Source of the DNA: Mobula hypostoma
Lineage: Eukaryota
Assembly (NCBI RefSeq): GCF_963921235.1
Contig: NC_086097.1
Location: 248,684,001 to 248,748,000 of the forward strand
Reading direction: 5' to 3'
DNA: 64,000 nucleotides
Position numbers and translations under genes: made by a program. A model generated the notes under the pieces. It saw only the letters and a program-made list of their open reading frames with translations. It did no database searches and was not told the origin of the DNA. This document shows positions 49,996 through 63,653 of this stretch, piece by piece (within the stretch, counting starts at the first letter, position 1; each line of letters opens with the position of its first letter).

Positions 49996-51279
49996 GATCC
50001 CTTCCTTCCCACATAGTCCTCCATTTCTCTTCTGTCAATGTGCCTATCTATGAGTCTTTTAAATTTCCCTGCTGTATTAGCTTTCAGCACCACCCTGTGC
50101 AAGGTGTTCCACACACCCACTACTCTCTATGCAAAATCCTTACCTCTGACATTCCCGCTATACTTTTCTCCAATCTCCTTAAAATGGTGCTCCCTGGTCT
50201 TATCCATTTCCACTCTGAGGGAAAGGTCTCTGGCTGTCCACTCAATCTTGTGAACCTCTATCAAGTAATCTAATGTTCTTCTTCACTCCAGAGAGAAAAG
50301 TTCTAACTCACTCAGCACGTCCATTGAGACCTGCTCTCTGGTACAGGTAACTCTGTGGTAAATCTCTTCTGCTTCTTCGAAAGCTTTCACGTCCTTCCGA
50401 TGAGGGGACCAGTATGAACACAATACTCCATGTGTGATTAACCAGGATTTCAGAGAGCTGCAACATTACCTCGCGAGTCTTTGTATCTGGCCCTAACAAA
50501 GAAAATGGGTAACTAACATGGAGGGGCTATTTGATACGTGGTTACAGATGAGGTTTTGTTATGTACAGGTTGATTTGTTACATTAAATACTCCCTGCCTA
50601 CTCCTTTTAAGGATATATACTGATGTCAGATTAAGCCTTTCAGAACAAGCTACTAGTTGGTGACACTTATCTGGGGAGCAGCCAAGTGAACACATAAACA
50701 CGTAGCCTGGCTGAGGTTGCTGAATGCAGCAGGATTTCCAGCGAGTCACAGAGCCATGCGGTCTCACCTCAGTCTGCGCCTCACAACGTGGCATCTGCTC
50801 AGTCACATGGTGCCTCGCTCAGGGAACTCTGCGTTGGTGGAGGAGTTACGATTTAGGAGAAGGCCGACTCGTCCTGCAAAGGATCCAGGAGGACCTGGAG
50901 GCTCTCGTATTTCATGGGCAAAAATTTCATCCAAAGAACAGATAAATCAGCAGCCGATTACTATTCTGTCTTTGCTGGATACAGGCATCAAACACAGAAC
51001 ATAGAACACAACAGCACAGTACAGGCCCTTTGGCCCATGATTTCGTACCGAACTATTCTACCTTCTCTAATAGTAATCTAATCTTTCCCGCCCATATTTA
51101 TCTCACATCCATGTATCTACTAAAGGGTTTCTTAAATGTCCAAAATGTAGCCTCTGTCACTACATCTGCCAGGGAATTCCACTGTTTGTGGAAAAAAGTT
51201 GACATCTAACATCCCACCCATACTTTCTTCCATTTGCCATAAAACTAGATCACCCGTATTAGTGCAGCCTCCCACGGTC

Positions 51280-52985
51280 ACCCTATAGTGGAGGAGGTAC
51301 AGGCATCCCACTGTCAGTCTGCAGTGCAGGAGGTACAGGCATCCATCTGTCAGTCTGTAGTGTAGGAGGTACAGAGCTCCCACTGTCAGTCTAGTGTAGG
51401 AAGTACAGGCATCCATCTATGTCTGCAATTGAGGAGGTACAGGCCTCCCACTGTCAGTCTGCAGTGTAGGAGGTACAGGCATCCATCTGTCAGTCTGTAG
51501 TGTAGGAGGTACAGGCATCCATCTGTCAGTCTAGTGTAGGAGGTACAGGCATCCATCTGTCAGTCTGTAGTGTAGGAGGTACAGAGCTCCCACTGTCAGT
51601 CTAGTGTAGGAAGTACAGGCATCCATCTGTCACTGCAATGTAGGAGGTACAGGCCTCCCACTGTCAGTTTGCAGTGTAGGAGGTACAGGCATCCATCTGT
51701 CAGTCTGTAGTGTAGGAGGTACAGACATCCATCTGAGTCTGTAGTGTAGGAAATACAGGCCTCCCACTGTCAGTCTGTAGTGTAGGAGGTACAGGCATCC
51801 ATCTGTCAGTCTGTAGTGTAGGAGGTACAGGCATCCATCTTTCAGTCTGTAGTGTAGGAGGTACAGGCGTCCATCTGTCAGTCTGTACTGTAGGTACAGG
51901 CATCCATCTGTCAGTCTGCAATGTAGGAGGTACAGAGCTCCCACTGTCAGTCTAGTGTAGGAAGTACAGGCATCCATCTGTCAGTCTGAAATTGAGGAGG
52001 TACAGGCCTCCCACTGTCAGTCTGCAGTGTAGGAGGTACAGGCATCCATCTGTCAGTCTGTACTGTAGGAGGTACAGACATCCATCTGTCAGTCTGTAGT
52101 GTAGGAAATACAGGCCTCCCACTGTCAGTCTGCAGTGTAGTAGGTATAGGCATCCATCTGTCACTGTAGTGTAGGAGGTACAGGCATCCATCTGTCAGTC
52201 TGTAGTGTAGGAGGTACAGGCATCCATCTGTCAGTCTAGTGTAGGAGGTACAGGCATCCATCTGTCAGTCTGTAGTGTAGGAGGTACAGAGCTCCCACTG
52301 TCAGTCTAGTGTAGGAAGTACAGGCATCCATCTGTCACTGCAATGTAGGAGGTACAGGCCTCCCACTGTCAGTTTGCAGTGTAGGAGGTACAGGCATCCA
52401 TCTGTCAGTCTGTAGTGTAGGAGGTACAGACATCCATCTGAGTCTGTAGTGTAGGAAATACAGGCCTCCCACTGTCAGTCTGTAGTATAGGAGGTACAGA
52501 GCTCCCACTGTCAGTCTAGTGTAGGAAGTACAGGCATCCATCTGTCAGTCTGCAATGTAGGAGGTACAGGCATCCATCTGTCACTGTAGTGTAGGAGGTA
52601 CAGGCATCCATCTGTCAGTCTAGTGTAGGAGGTACAGGCATCCATCTGTCAGTCTGTAGTGTAGGAGGTACAGAGCTCCCACTGTCAGTCTAGTGTAGGA
52701 AGTACAGGCATCCATCTGTCAGTCTGCAATTGAGGAGGTACAGGCCTTCCACTGTCAGTTTGCAGTGTAGGAGGTACAGGCATCCATCTGTCAGTCTGTA
52801 GTGTAGGAGGTACAGGCATCCATCTGTCAGTCTGTAGTGTAGGAGGTACAGACATCCATCTGAGTCTGTAGTGTAGGAAATACAGGCCTCCCACTGTCAG
52901 TCTGTAGTGTAGGAGGTACAGGCATCTATCTGTCAGTCTGTAGTGTAGGAGGTACAGGCATCCTCTGTCAGTCTGTAGTGTAGGT
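51280..52985. repeat. Minisatellite, 36-bp unit TGTAGGAGGTACAGGCATCCATCTGTCAGTCTGTAG with 32-35 bp variants, roughly 48 units
   Basis: Read directly; 12-aa periodicity in the ORF track (GCLYLLHYRLTD). Confidence 0.97.
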
Positions 52986-54346
52986 AAATTCTCTCACACT
53001 CGCCTTTCATCACCTCTCATCTATATACCTATCCAAGCTTATAGTCATAGAGCACTGCAAGAGAAACAGGTCCTTTGCCCCATCTCGTCTGTGCTGATAG
53101 GTGTAGGTTCTATTCCTAAAATGTTACATGCAGTTTAACAGCAATGCTATATTGCAAAATGTATGTAAATGGAAATACATCCAGTGTGTTAACCACATTG
53201 TCAGTATTTACAGTGTCGGTGAGTCAATTTCCTGGTTATATTCACCCAGCCTCCTTGCTCCATCTGTCTTCAGACCATTTGCCTGCATCCATGTCTCCTG
53301 ATCAGTCATTTGTGCTCTTGAATCAATTAGGCACAAATTGACAGTCTCACGCTGTGGGAGAAGAATCCCCTTCCGTCCTCTGGTAGAAACCTTGGCTTTT
53401 AGTTTGACATACCAATATGCATGCAATGAGGAACAGCTGGCTGTGTCCTCGCTGGAGAGAACCAGAACTCCTCACAGCTGTCCTCTCCATCTTGCCAACA
53501 TCGTAAACTGCATCATGCATTGAAAGGAAAGGAAACTTAGTTCCTTAAAATATCAAAATAAGAATTGTGTAGAAGTTGAAGTGGACCATCCAGGATTTAT
53601 TTCATTCCCACAACTTAAAGCAAGGGACTACCCTTTGGTGGTCCGTGGATAGATTCCAGGGAGTCTATGAACTTGGATGGAAAATAATTGCCTCTTTATT
53701 TTCACTAACCCCTAACCAAAATTTCCCTGAGGAAATGAGATGATTTTGCAAGAATGGCTACAAGGTGAAGGAAGTCAAGTGGGCCCTTAAAAGGGTCGTT
53801 GTGAAAACGAGGAACCCTCACAACAAGGAGGAACCTGTCGCTACTGTCTGTTTACCCTGTATTTCCATAGTTTCTGGCAGGGTCGCCAGGATCCTGAGAA
53901 ATACCAGATTAATACCATCCACAAACATTGTAAGGAAGCTCAGATCCGTAAGGAAGCTCAAATCACAGCTTATGCGGGTGAGAGATAACCCGGGCCTCCA
54001 GTCGGCTGGCGTTTACCAGATCCCCTGTGAATGCATAACAGCGTATATCGGCCAGACAGGACGCACGGTGGAAACCTGCATCAACGAGCACAGGAGGTGC
54101 ATCCATTTGGGTTACCTGGAGAAATTGGCGGTAGCAGAACAGTGGCCGTAGGATTGACTTGGTGGCACAAGACTACTGTGCCGTGCCAATGGCTTTCAGG
54201 ACTGCCTAGTGAAGGAAGCCATTGAGATGACGCTAGAGGAAAAGAATTTTAACAAAAACTAAGGTCTCACCCTAATTAAGAGCTGGAATTCAATTGTAAA
54301 CAAGGTGAGGGAGTGGAAACCTGATTGGATGACGACTGACCAATCA

Positions 54347-56058
54347 GAATCAGAATCAGGTTTATTATCACTAGCATGTGTTATGAAATTTGTTAACTTA
54401 GCAGCAGCAGTTGAATGCAACATATAACAGAGAAGAAGAGAGAAAAATCAATCAATCAATCTATCACAGTATACATATATTGAATAGATTAAAAATTTTG
54501 TAAAAAAAATCCCAGAAATAATATATATTAAAAAGTGAGGTAGTGTTCACTGGTTCAATGTCCATTTAAGGATTGGATGGCAGAGGGGAAGAAGCTGTTC
54601 CTGAATTGTTGAGTGCGTGCTTCCTGTTGGTAACAGTGATATAAGGGCATGCCCTGGGTGCTAGAGGTCCTTAATAATGGACGCTGCCTTTCTAAGACAC
54701 CGCTCCTTGAAGGTGTCCTGAATACTTTGTAAGCTGGTATCCAAGATGGAGACGACTAAATTTACAACCCTCTGCAGCTTCTTTTGGCCTCCCCATACCT
54801 GAACCTGATGCAACCTGTCAGAATGCTCTCCACGCTACATCTATAGAAGTTTTCAGTGTATTTGTTGACATACCAAATCTCTTCAAACTCCTAATGAAGC
54901 ATAGTCGCTGTCTTGCCTTCTTTATAACTGCATCGATATGTTAGAACCAGGTTAGGTCCTCAGAAATCTTGACACCCAGGAACTTGAAGCTGCTCACTCT
55001 CTCCACTTCTGATCCCTCTGTGAGGATTGGTATGTGTTCCTTCATCTTACCCTTCCTGAAGTCCACAATCAGCTCTTTCACCTTACTGACGTTGAGTGCC
55101 AGGTTGTTGCTGTGACACCATTCCATTAGTTGGCATATCTCACTCCTTGTCACGGTTCTGTTTGGTTGTTCCCCTTTAACGCTCCCTTCTCCCTGATTAT
55201 GCCCTAATTTCAGCCATCAGATTTCCAATTGCTGCTAGTTTGCTTATTTACGGTACACCTGGTTTGCATCAGAAACTGTGAAATAAGTACAATGGCATCA
55301 TTACACAAGTCGCCAGTTTGTTGGTCTATTCTTATGAGATACTTCATTCCCTCGTCCGCTTAGAACCGTTAGTTCTAAATTTAGTTCCAAGTTCTGTTCT
55401 AGTTTCAAGATGGTCCCTGTAGATCCTGTCTCCTCGTCAAGATTCCTCCGGTTTGCTGTTCTACGTTCACATCTACTCCAGCATCCCCAACTCAGTCGAT
55501 GTGCCGGTGTCCTGCACTTGGGTTCTCCTCAGTCGCCCCGGGCAACACTCCTGTACACCCTCTTGTCTCCACCTGAGATTCTACCAACAATGGTTGATTG
55601 TCAGCGAGGAGGAGATGTTATCACCAATCCACACAGATTGTGGTCTTCTGGTTAGGAAGCTGAAGATCCAATTGCAGAGGGAGGTACAGAGGCCCAGGTT
55701 CCGTAACTTTTCAATCAGGATTGTGGAAAGGATGGTGTTGAATGCTGAGCTATAGTCGATGAACAACATCCTGACATAGGTGTTTGTGTTGTCCAGGTGG
55801 TCTAAGGCCATGTGAATAGCCATTGAGATTGCATCTGCCATTGACCTATTGTGGTGACAGGCAAATAGCAATGGCTTCAGGTCCTTGCTGAGGTAGGAGC
55901 TCAGTCTAGTCATGACCAACTTCTCAAAACATTTCATCAATGTGAGTGCGACCGGGATATTCATCAAGGCAGTTCACATTATTCTTCTTAGGCATTGATA
56001 TAATTGTTGCCTTTTTGAAGCAAGTGGGAACTTCTGCCTGTAGCATTGAGAGGTTGAA
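54347..56058 (-). mobile_element. Rex1/Babar-like LINE RT fragment
   Basis: [57 protein letters not shown]; (CTGATT)n tail. Confidence 0.88.
55148..55547. mobile_element. Solo LTR (400 bp) inside the Rex1-like RT
   Basis: TGTCAC..GCAACA termini; 5-bp TSD CTCCT at 55143-55147 and 55548-55552. Confidence 0.85.
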
Positions 56059-56171
56059 AATCATGAGGGCGGACTATGGGGTATAAATACCACCAGAATA
56101 GACGTGCCCAGGCAGTATCCCTGATGAAGATGGCAGAGTTTGTCATTGAAATATCAGTTATAATCAATATT

Positions 56172-57362
56172 TAAGACCATAAGACCATAAGACAAAAGAG
56201 CAGAAGTCGGCCATTTGGCCCATCGAGTCTGCTCCGCCATTTTATCATGAGCTGATCCATTCTCCCATTTAGTGCCACTCCCCCGCCTTCTCACCATAAC
56301 CTTTGATGCCCTGGCTACTCAGATACCTATCAATCTCTGCCTTAAATACACCCAATGATTTGGCCTCCACTGCTGCCCGTGGTAACAAATTCCATAGATT
56401 CACCACCCTCTGACTAAAAAAATTTCTTCGCATTTTTGTTCTGAATGGGCGCCCTTCAATCCTTAAGTCATGCCCTCTCGTACTAGACTCCCCTATCATG
56501 GGAAACAACTTTGCCACATCCACTCTGTCCATGCCTTTCAACATTCAAAATGTTTCTATGAGGTCTCCCCTCATTCTTCTAAGCTCCAAGGAATACAGTC
56601 CAAGAGCGGACAAACGTTCCTCATATGTTAACCCTCTCATTCCCGGAATCATTCTAGTGAATCTTCTCTGTACTCTCTCCAACGTCAGCACATCCTTTCT
56701 TAAATAAGGAGCCCAAAACTGCCCACAGTACTCCAAGTGAGGTCTCACCAGCACCTTATAGAGTCTCAACATCACATCCCTGTTCCTATACTCTATACCT
56801 CTAGAAATGAATGCCAACATTGCATTCGCCTTCTTCACTACCGACTCAACCCAGAGGTTAACCTTAAGGGTATCCTGTACGAGGACTCCCAAGTCCCGTT
56901 GCATCTCAGAACTTTGAATTCTTTCCCCATTTAAATAATAGTCTGCCCGTTTATTTCTTCTGCCAAAGTGCGTAACCATATACTTTCCAACATTGTATTT
57001 CACTTGCCACTTCTTTGCCCATTCTTCCAATCTATCCAAGTCTCTCTGCAGACTCTCCGTTTCCTCAGCACTACCCGCCCCTCCACCTATCTTCGTATCA
57101 TCAGCAAACTTAGTCATCAATTCCATAATCCAAATCATTGATGTACAACGTAAAAAGAAGCGGCCCCAACACGGACCCCTGTGGAACACCACTGGTAACT
57201 GGCAGCCAACCAGAATAGGATCCCTTTATTCCCACTCCCTGTTTCCTGCCAATCAGCCAATGCTCTGTCCACGTATGTAACTTTCCCATAATTCCATGGG
57301 CTCTTATCTTGTTAAGTAGCCTCATGTGTGGCACCTTGTCAAAGGCCTTCTGAAAGGCCTTT
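56172..57362 (-). mobile_element. 5'-truncated CR1 LINE
   Basis: [35 protein letters not shown]; (ATGGTCTT)n tail. Confidence 0.92.
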
Positions 57363-57429
57363 TGTACCTGGCTGGAAGCCTGAGAAGAGTTTATTCATCA
57401 TATACGCTGGGAAAGCACTAGATCCTTTT

Positions 57430-59266
57430 TCAGGATACCAACAGTTTCTTCAGATACATAAAGTGTAAAAGAGACATGAGAGTAGTTATCAGACCACTGG
57501 AAAACGATGTTGGAGAGGTAGTAATAGGGGACAAGGAAATGGCGGGTGAACTGAATTAATATTGTGCATCAGTCTTCACTGTGGAGGACACTAGCAGTCT
57601 GCCAGAAATTTGAGAGTGTCAGAGGGCAGAAGTGAGTGAAGTTGTGATTAATAGGGAGAAGGTGTTTGGGAAACTGGAAGGTCTGAAGGTAGATAAACCG
57701 CCTGGACCAGATTAGATTAGATTATGAGATGATGTACATCCCAGAGTTCTGAAAGCTGTGGCTGAAGAGATTGTGGAGGCATTAGTAGTGATTTTTCAAG
57801 AATCAATAAATATTGGCATGGTTTGGGAAGACTGGAAAATTGCAAATGTCACTCCACTCTTCAAGAAGGAAGAGAGGCAGAAGAAATGAAGCTATAGTCT
57901 GATCTCAGAAGATGTTGGGGTCGATTATTAAGGATGAGGTCTCAGGGTATTTGGAGGCACATGACAAAGGAGATCATAGTCTCCTTTATCATTGTTTCCT
58001 CAAGGGAAAATCTTGCCTGACAGATCTGTTGGAATTATTTGAAGAAATAACAGGCAGGATAGACAAAGGAGAATTGGTGGATGTTGTGTACTTGGATTTT
58101 CAGAAGACCTTTGACAAGGTGCCACACGTGAGGCTGCTTAGCAAGCTACAAGCCTATGGTATTACGGGAAAGGTTCTAGCATGGATACAGCAGTAGCTGC
58201 TTGGCGGGAGGCAAAGAGTGGGAATAAAGGAGCTTCTTCTGGTTGTTGCCAGAGATAGAGTTGTTCAACAGGGGTCTCTGTTTGGACTATTTCTTTTTAT
58301 GTTATATGTCAATGATTTTGATGATGGAATTGATGGCTTTGTGGCCAGGTTTGTGGATGATACGAAGGTAGGTGGAGGGGCAGGTAGTTTTAAGGAAGTA
58401 GAGAAGCCACAGAAGGACTTAGACAAGGAGAATGGGCAAAGAAATAGATGATAGGATACAATGTCAGGAAGTGTATGGTCATGCACTTCGGCAGAAGAAA
58501 TAAAAGTGTGGACTATTTTCTAAATGGAGAGAAAATTCAAAAATCTGAGGTGTAATGGGACTTAGGAGTCCTTGTGCAGGATTCCCTGAAGGTTAATTTG
58601 CAGGTTGTGTCTGTGGTAAGGAAGGCAAATGCAATGTTAGCACTCATTTCAAGAAGACTAGAATATAAAAGCAAGAATGTAAAATTGAAGCTTTCTAGGG
58701 CACTAGTGAGCTCTCACTTGGAATATTGTGAGCAGTCAAGGGCCCCTTATCTAAGAATGGATCAGCTGACATTGGAGAGGGTTCAAAGGAGGTTCACAAA
58801 TATGTTTCTGGATTCAAAGGCTTAGGATATGGGGAGTGGTTGATGGTTCTAGGCTTCTACACACCGGAATTCAGTAGAATGAGGGGGGATCTCATTGAAA
58901 CCTATTGAATGTTGAAAGGCCTTGACAGACTGGATGTGGAGAGGATGTTTCTTATGGTGCGTGAGTCTGAGACCAAAGAATACAGCCTCAGAATAGAGGG
59001 ATGTCCATTTAGAACGAAGATGAGGAGGAATTTACTTAGCCAGGGAGTAGTGAATCTGTGGAATTTGTTGCCACAGGCAGCTGTGGAGGCCAAGTCTTAA
59101 CGTATAAATAAGTCAGAGGTTGATAGATTCTTAATTGGTCAGAGCATGAGGGGATACGAGAAGAAGGTAGAAGATTGGGGCTGAGAGGGAAATGGATCAG
59201 CCCTGATGAAATGGCAGAGCAGACCCAATTGGCCAAGTGGCCTAATTCTGCTCCTATATCTTATGG
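57430..59266 (+). mobile_element. Degraded CR1 ORF2 and 3' UTR
   Basis: KSCLTDLLELFEE..YLDFQKTFDKVPH; ARFVDDTKVGG. Confidence 0.88.
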
Positions 59267-59785
59267 AACATGGCCCACAACTTTCTAACCTCAACCAGTA
59301 CGCCTTGGGAAGGGTGGGAGGAAACCGGAGCACATGTGGTCATGGAGAGAACATACAAACTCCTTACAAATGGCAGCATGAACCTTACCGCTGGCACTAT
59401 AAGCCATCACACTATCTGCTATGCTACCGCGCTGCCTTAGCCATCCGCAGTAAAGCTTCGTATTTTTCTGTTGTTGGCTCTGCTGAGTTCTTTCTTAGAA
59501 CCAGGCAGTCAACGAGCTATTTGCGAATGCCAGAATTGCATCCAATGAAAATAAACCATTCAGTAAAAGCCTTAATGACTCTCTAAGGTATTTGAGTTCT
59601 GCTTCACACCATTAAGTTTTACAACGAGAGTCTTTTTATTGAATGAGCTGCTACGGAATATACATAGGGGGCTATTCAGTAGCTCTCTTACTCACCTCTG
59701 CATGCATAACTGTTGGTAGATGATGTTAGCTCTCTCAGCAGAGCACGTACTCACGAGCGCAAAATGTGACCAATGTGTCATGCCA

Positions 59786-60014
59786 ATGATGTCCAAAAGA
59801 AATCAATGATCAGTTACAGGTGTGTCTCCCATGATGTCCATGAGAAATCAATGATCAGTTACAGGTGTGTCTCCAACGTTGTCCAAAAGAAATCAATGAT
59901 CACTTATAGGTGTATCTCCAATGATGTCCAAAAGAAATCGATGATCAGTTATAGGTGTGTTTCCAATGATGTCCAAAAGAAATCGATGATCAGTTATAGG
60001 TGTGTCTCCAATGA
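59786..60014. repeat. 45-bp tandem repeat, 5 copies
   Basis: Unit ATGATGTCCAAAAGAAATCAATGATCAGTTA(C/T)AGGTGTGTCTCCA. Confidence 0.95.
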
Positions 60015-60079
60015 CTATGTTTCTGCTGCATTTCTAACTTCAGTAGAAATTGCCTAACGCTCTCATAGGTAAATGTATT

Positions 60080-60490
60080 TATCCACGCAGCACCCGAAAT
60101 AATTCAGAAGATGTGTAGCTGGGTGGTTGATGGTTGGGTTGAGTTGTTCTCCGATCTTGCCAATGTTTCGGCACCACGTGAGGAGACACCATCAGTGCAC
60201 TGTTCACCTGGGGTGTCTCCTCCGAATGACTGGCCTTTATGAACTTACCAATCGGTTGATTGGTCGTCATTATGGAAACTCAGTTGTGACGTAGGGTGTG
60301 GGATCTTCGCTGTTTGGCTGCGGGAAGGACTTGCTGCATTGTCTGGAATCTTGTCCGCATTGGCTTATAAATGGGATTGAGGTCTGCATTCTGATTATAA
60401 AATTGTTTGTGGAAAACCATGCTTCTCGGAATTCCCTTGCATGTCGCATGTTTGTTTGCACCATGACTTTCACAGGCAAGATTCCAGGTG
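60080..60490 (-). mobile_element. Decayed PLE 3' end
   Basis: HAREFREAWFS.. C-terminal-like text and a degenerate CTGATG..GAAAC motif at ~60160-60197. Confidence 0.55.
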
Positions 60491-61099
60491 CAGGTCAAAG
60501 GGATTAGGCAGTTTAAAAGGTTTCAGCATGGACTAGATGGGCTGAAAGGCCTGTTGCTGTACTTTTCTATGATTCTCTATATAAAAAAAACCATTGGATC
60601 ACTCCGGCTCATGGTTGTTGTGGACAAGAGACCTTGGCATATTCTGTGCAGTGTGAGGCAGAGATGTCAGACAGCCCTACAGAAATAGAAAGGCATTAAG
60701 ACTAAGGTCTGCAGCCAGACTGCTGCTGTGAAGACGCCCAAGGGCCAATGACCTTGCGCATCTTTGAACTGTTTCTCCTTAGATTCACAATGAAAAAAAT
60801 TTGAAGTGTTAGGCGACATACTCCAATGCTGTAAATCATGATTTAGGACAAACCAAAACAAATCGAGGTCAGCCTCACTTCAGATGCAATACAGCTGTTA
60901 ATTCATTCTAGCAGCTCAATGCTGTTCCAACTTTCCAGCATTCAATGTATCTAGTAATATCAGATTAGGGAATGATTTCAACATATTTTATCAGACAATC
61001 CAATTCGCTCTCCAGAGTTTCCCAGGCAACAGGATGTTTTAGGACTCAGGAAGTGCCACTCCCCTCAGTGAATTAAATCAGATCTTGAGGCTAAAATAT

Positions 61100-62052
61100 A
61101 TAGAATCATAGAAAACTACAACACTGACCCCTTGGCCCATTTCGTCTATGTCAAGCCATTTAAACTGCCTAGTCCTATCAACCTACACGTGGACCACAGC
61201 CCTCCATAGCCTTCCCATCCACATACCTATCCAAATCTCTCCAAAACGTTAAAATTGAAATCACATCCACCATTTCCACACACTGTCACTTCCCTCTGAG
61301 TGAAGCAGTTTCCCATCATGTTCCCCTTAAACATTTCAACTTTCACCCTTAACCCATGACCTCTAGTTGTAGTCTGACCCATCCTCAGTGCAAAAAGCCT
61401 GATTGCATTTACTCCATCTATACTCATAATTTTGTATACCTCTATCAAATCTCCTCTCAATCTAGGGAATGAGTTCTAGGGAATGAATTTCCAGGTCGAT
61501 GACCAAAACTTCAAATGATGCTCCAAATTAGGCCTCACCAAAATCTTACACAACTTCAACATAACATCCAATCTCCTGCACTCAATATATTGATTTATTT
61601 GTGAAGGCCAATGTACCAAAAGCTTTCTTTATGGCCCTATCTATCTGTGACACCACTTTCCGTGCATTATGTACCTTATACCCAGATCCCTTTGTTCCAC
61701 TGCATTCCACAGAGCCCCGCCATTCACTGTGTAAGACCTACAAAAGAGCAAAACCTCATACTTGTCTGTACTAAATTCCATCTGCTATTTTTAGCCCATT
61801 TTACCAGCTGGTCCAGATCCCGCTGCAAGATTTAATAAGCTTCCTCACTGTCCACTATGCCCCTAATCTTGGTGTCATCAGCAAATTTACTGATCCAGTT
61901 AACCACAGTAGGATCGTTGATACAGATAACAAACAAAGGACCCAGCACCAACCCCTGTGGCACTCCACGAGCCACAGGCCTCCACTCAGAGAGGCAACCC
62001 TCTGCTACTACTCTCTGGTGGCTCCCACAAAGCCGATGTCTAATTCAATTTA
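61100..62052 (-). mobile_element. Degraded CR1 3' fragment
   Basis: RGDLIEVYKIM..TRGHGLRV; SKFADDTKI remnant. Confidence 0.8.
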
Positions 62053-62184
62053 TGAATTATATGGTAATATATCACATATACATATGTCTAATTAAACATT
62101 GAACATAGATCAGTACAGAGCCCTTCAGTCCACTGTGTTGTGCTGAACTATTAAACCTACTCCAAGATCAATCCAACCCTTCCT

Positions 62185-63430
62185 CAGAAGGGTAGGGAAA
62201 GGAAGAGGAAGGCAGCAGTGATAGGGGGCTCTGTAGATAGGGGGTCAGACAGGAGATTCTGTGGACACAGGAAAGAAACTCGGATGGTAGTTTGCCTCCC
62301 AGTTGCCAGGGTCCATGATTTCTCAGATGGCATCCAAGATATCCTGCAGTGGGAGGGAGACCAGCCAGAGGTCGTGGCACATATTGGTGCCAACAACATA
62401 GGTAGGAAAAGGGAAGAGGTCCTGAAAACAGACTACAGGGAGTTAGGAAGGAAGTTGAGAAGCAGGACCGCAAAGGTAGTCATCTTGGGATTACTGCCTG
62501 TGCCACGCGACAGTGAGTATAGGAATAGAATGAGGTGGAGGATAAATGTGTGGCTGAGGGATTGGAGCAGGGGGCCAGGGATTCAGATTTCTGGATCACT
62601 GGGACCTCCTTTTGGGCAGGTGTGACCTGTACAAAAAGGACGGGTTGCACGTGAATCCCAGGGGGACCAATACCCTGGCAGGGAGGTTTGCTAAGGCTAC
62701 TGGGGAGAGTTTAAACTAGAATTGCTCTGGCGTGGGAACCGAACTGAAGAGACTGGGGAAGAGGCAGTTGGCTCACAAATAGAGAAAGCTTGTAGACAGT
62801 GCGAGAGGGAGGATAGGCAGGTGATAGAGAAGGGACGCGCTCAGACCGACAGTTTGAGGTGTGTCTATTTTAACACAAGGAGTATTGTGAACAAAGCGGA
62901 TGAGCTTAGAGAGTGGGTCAGTACTTGGAGCTATGATGTTGTGGCCATTACAGAGACTGGGATGGCTCAGGGACAGGAATGGTTACTTCAAGTGCCGGGT
63001 TTTAGATGTTTCAGAAAGGACAGGGAGGGAGGCAAAAGAGGTGGGGGTGTGGCACTGTTGATCAGAGAGTGTCACGGCTGCAGAAAAGGTGGACACCATG
63101 GAGGGATTGTCTACGGAGTCTCTGTGGGTGGAGGTTAGGAACAGAAAGGGTCAATAACTTTACTGGGTGCTTTTTATAGGCCACCCAATAGTAACAGGGA
63201 TATCGAGGAGCAGATAGGGAAACAGATCCTGGAAAGGTGTAATAATAACAGAGTTGTCATGATGGGAGATTTTAATTTCCCAAATATCGATTGGCATCCC
63301 CCTAGAGCAAGGAGTTTAGATGGAGTGGAGTTTGTTAGTTTGCCGGCGACAGTGGTGGAGGTGGATACGATAGGGTCTTTTAAGATTCTCCTGGATTGGT
63401 ACATGGAGATTAGAAAAATAAAGGGCTATG
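62185..63430 (+). mobile_element. CR1 ORF1 esterase and start of endonuclease, joined to a CR1 3' end
   Basis: VIGGSVDRG..VCLPVARV..HIGANNIG; YDVVAITET; MGDFNFPNIDW; jump at ~63338. Confidence 0.88.
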
Positions 63431-63653
63431 TAAAGACTTACTTCCCATTTTTCTATTTTCTATTTATGATTTATAATTTAAATTTTTAATATTTACTAAT
63501 TTTAACTATTTTTAATATCTTTAATATTTAATATTTGTAATCCAGGGAGTGTGAAGCACAGAATCAAATATCACTGTGATAATTGTACGTTCTAGTACCA
63601 ATTGTTTGACGACAATAAAATATAAAGTATAAAGTATAAGTATGTGTAACCCT

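Larger units (their letters stand above)
53728..56170 (+). mobile_element. Penelope (Poseidon-like) 3' fragment split by a Rex1-like insertion; degenerate hammerhead at ~56117-56159
   Basis: GVYQIPCECITAYIGQTGRTVETCINEH (GIY-YIG); resumes ~56060 with CTGATGA-AGATGGCA..TGTCATT-GAAA. Confidence 0.8.

Noticed and set aside
51280..52985. CRISPR array or repetitive protein gene
   Set aside because: Units are contiguous with no unique spacers, there are no cas genes, the context is eukaryotic, and 32-35 bp variants break the frames.
59786..60014. CRISPR-like array or C/D snoRNA cluster
   Set aside because: No spacers; ATGATGT is not a proper C box and no matching D box or terminal stem is evident.
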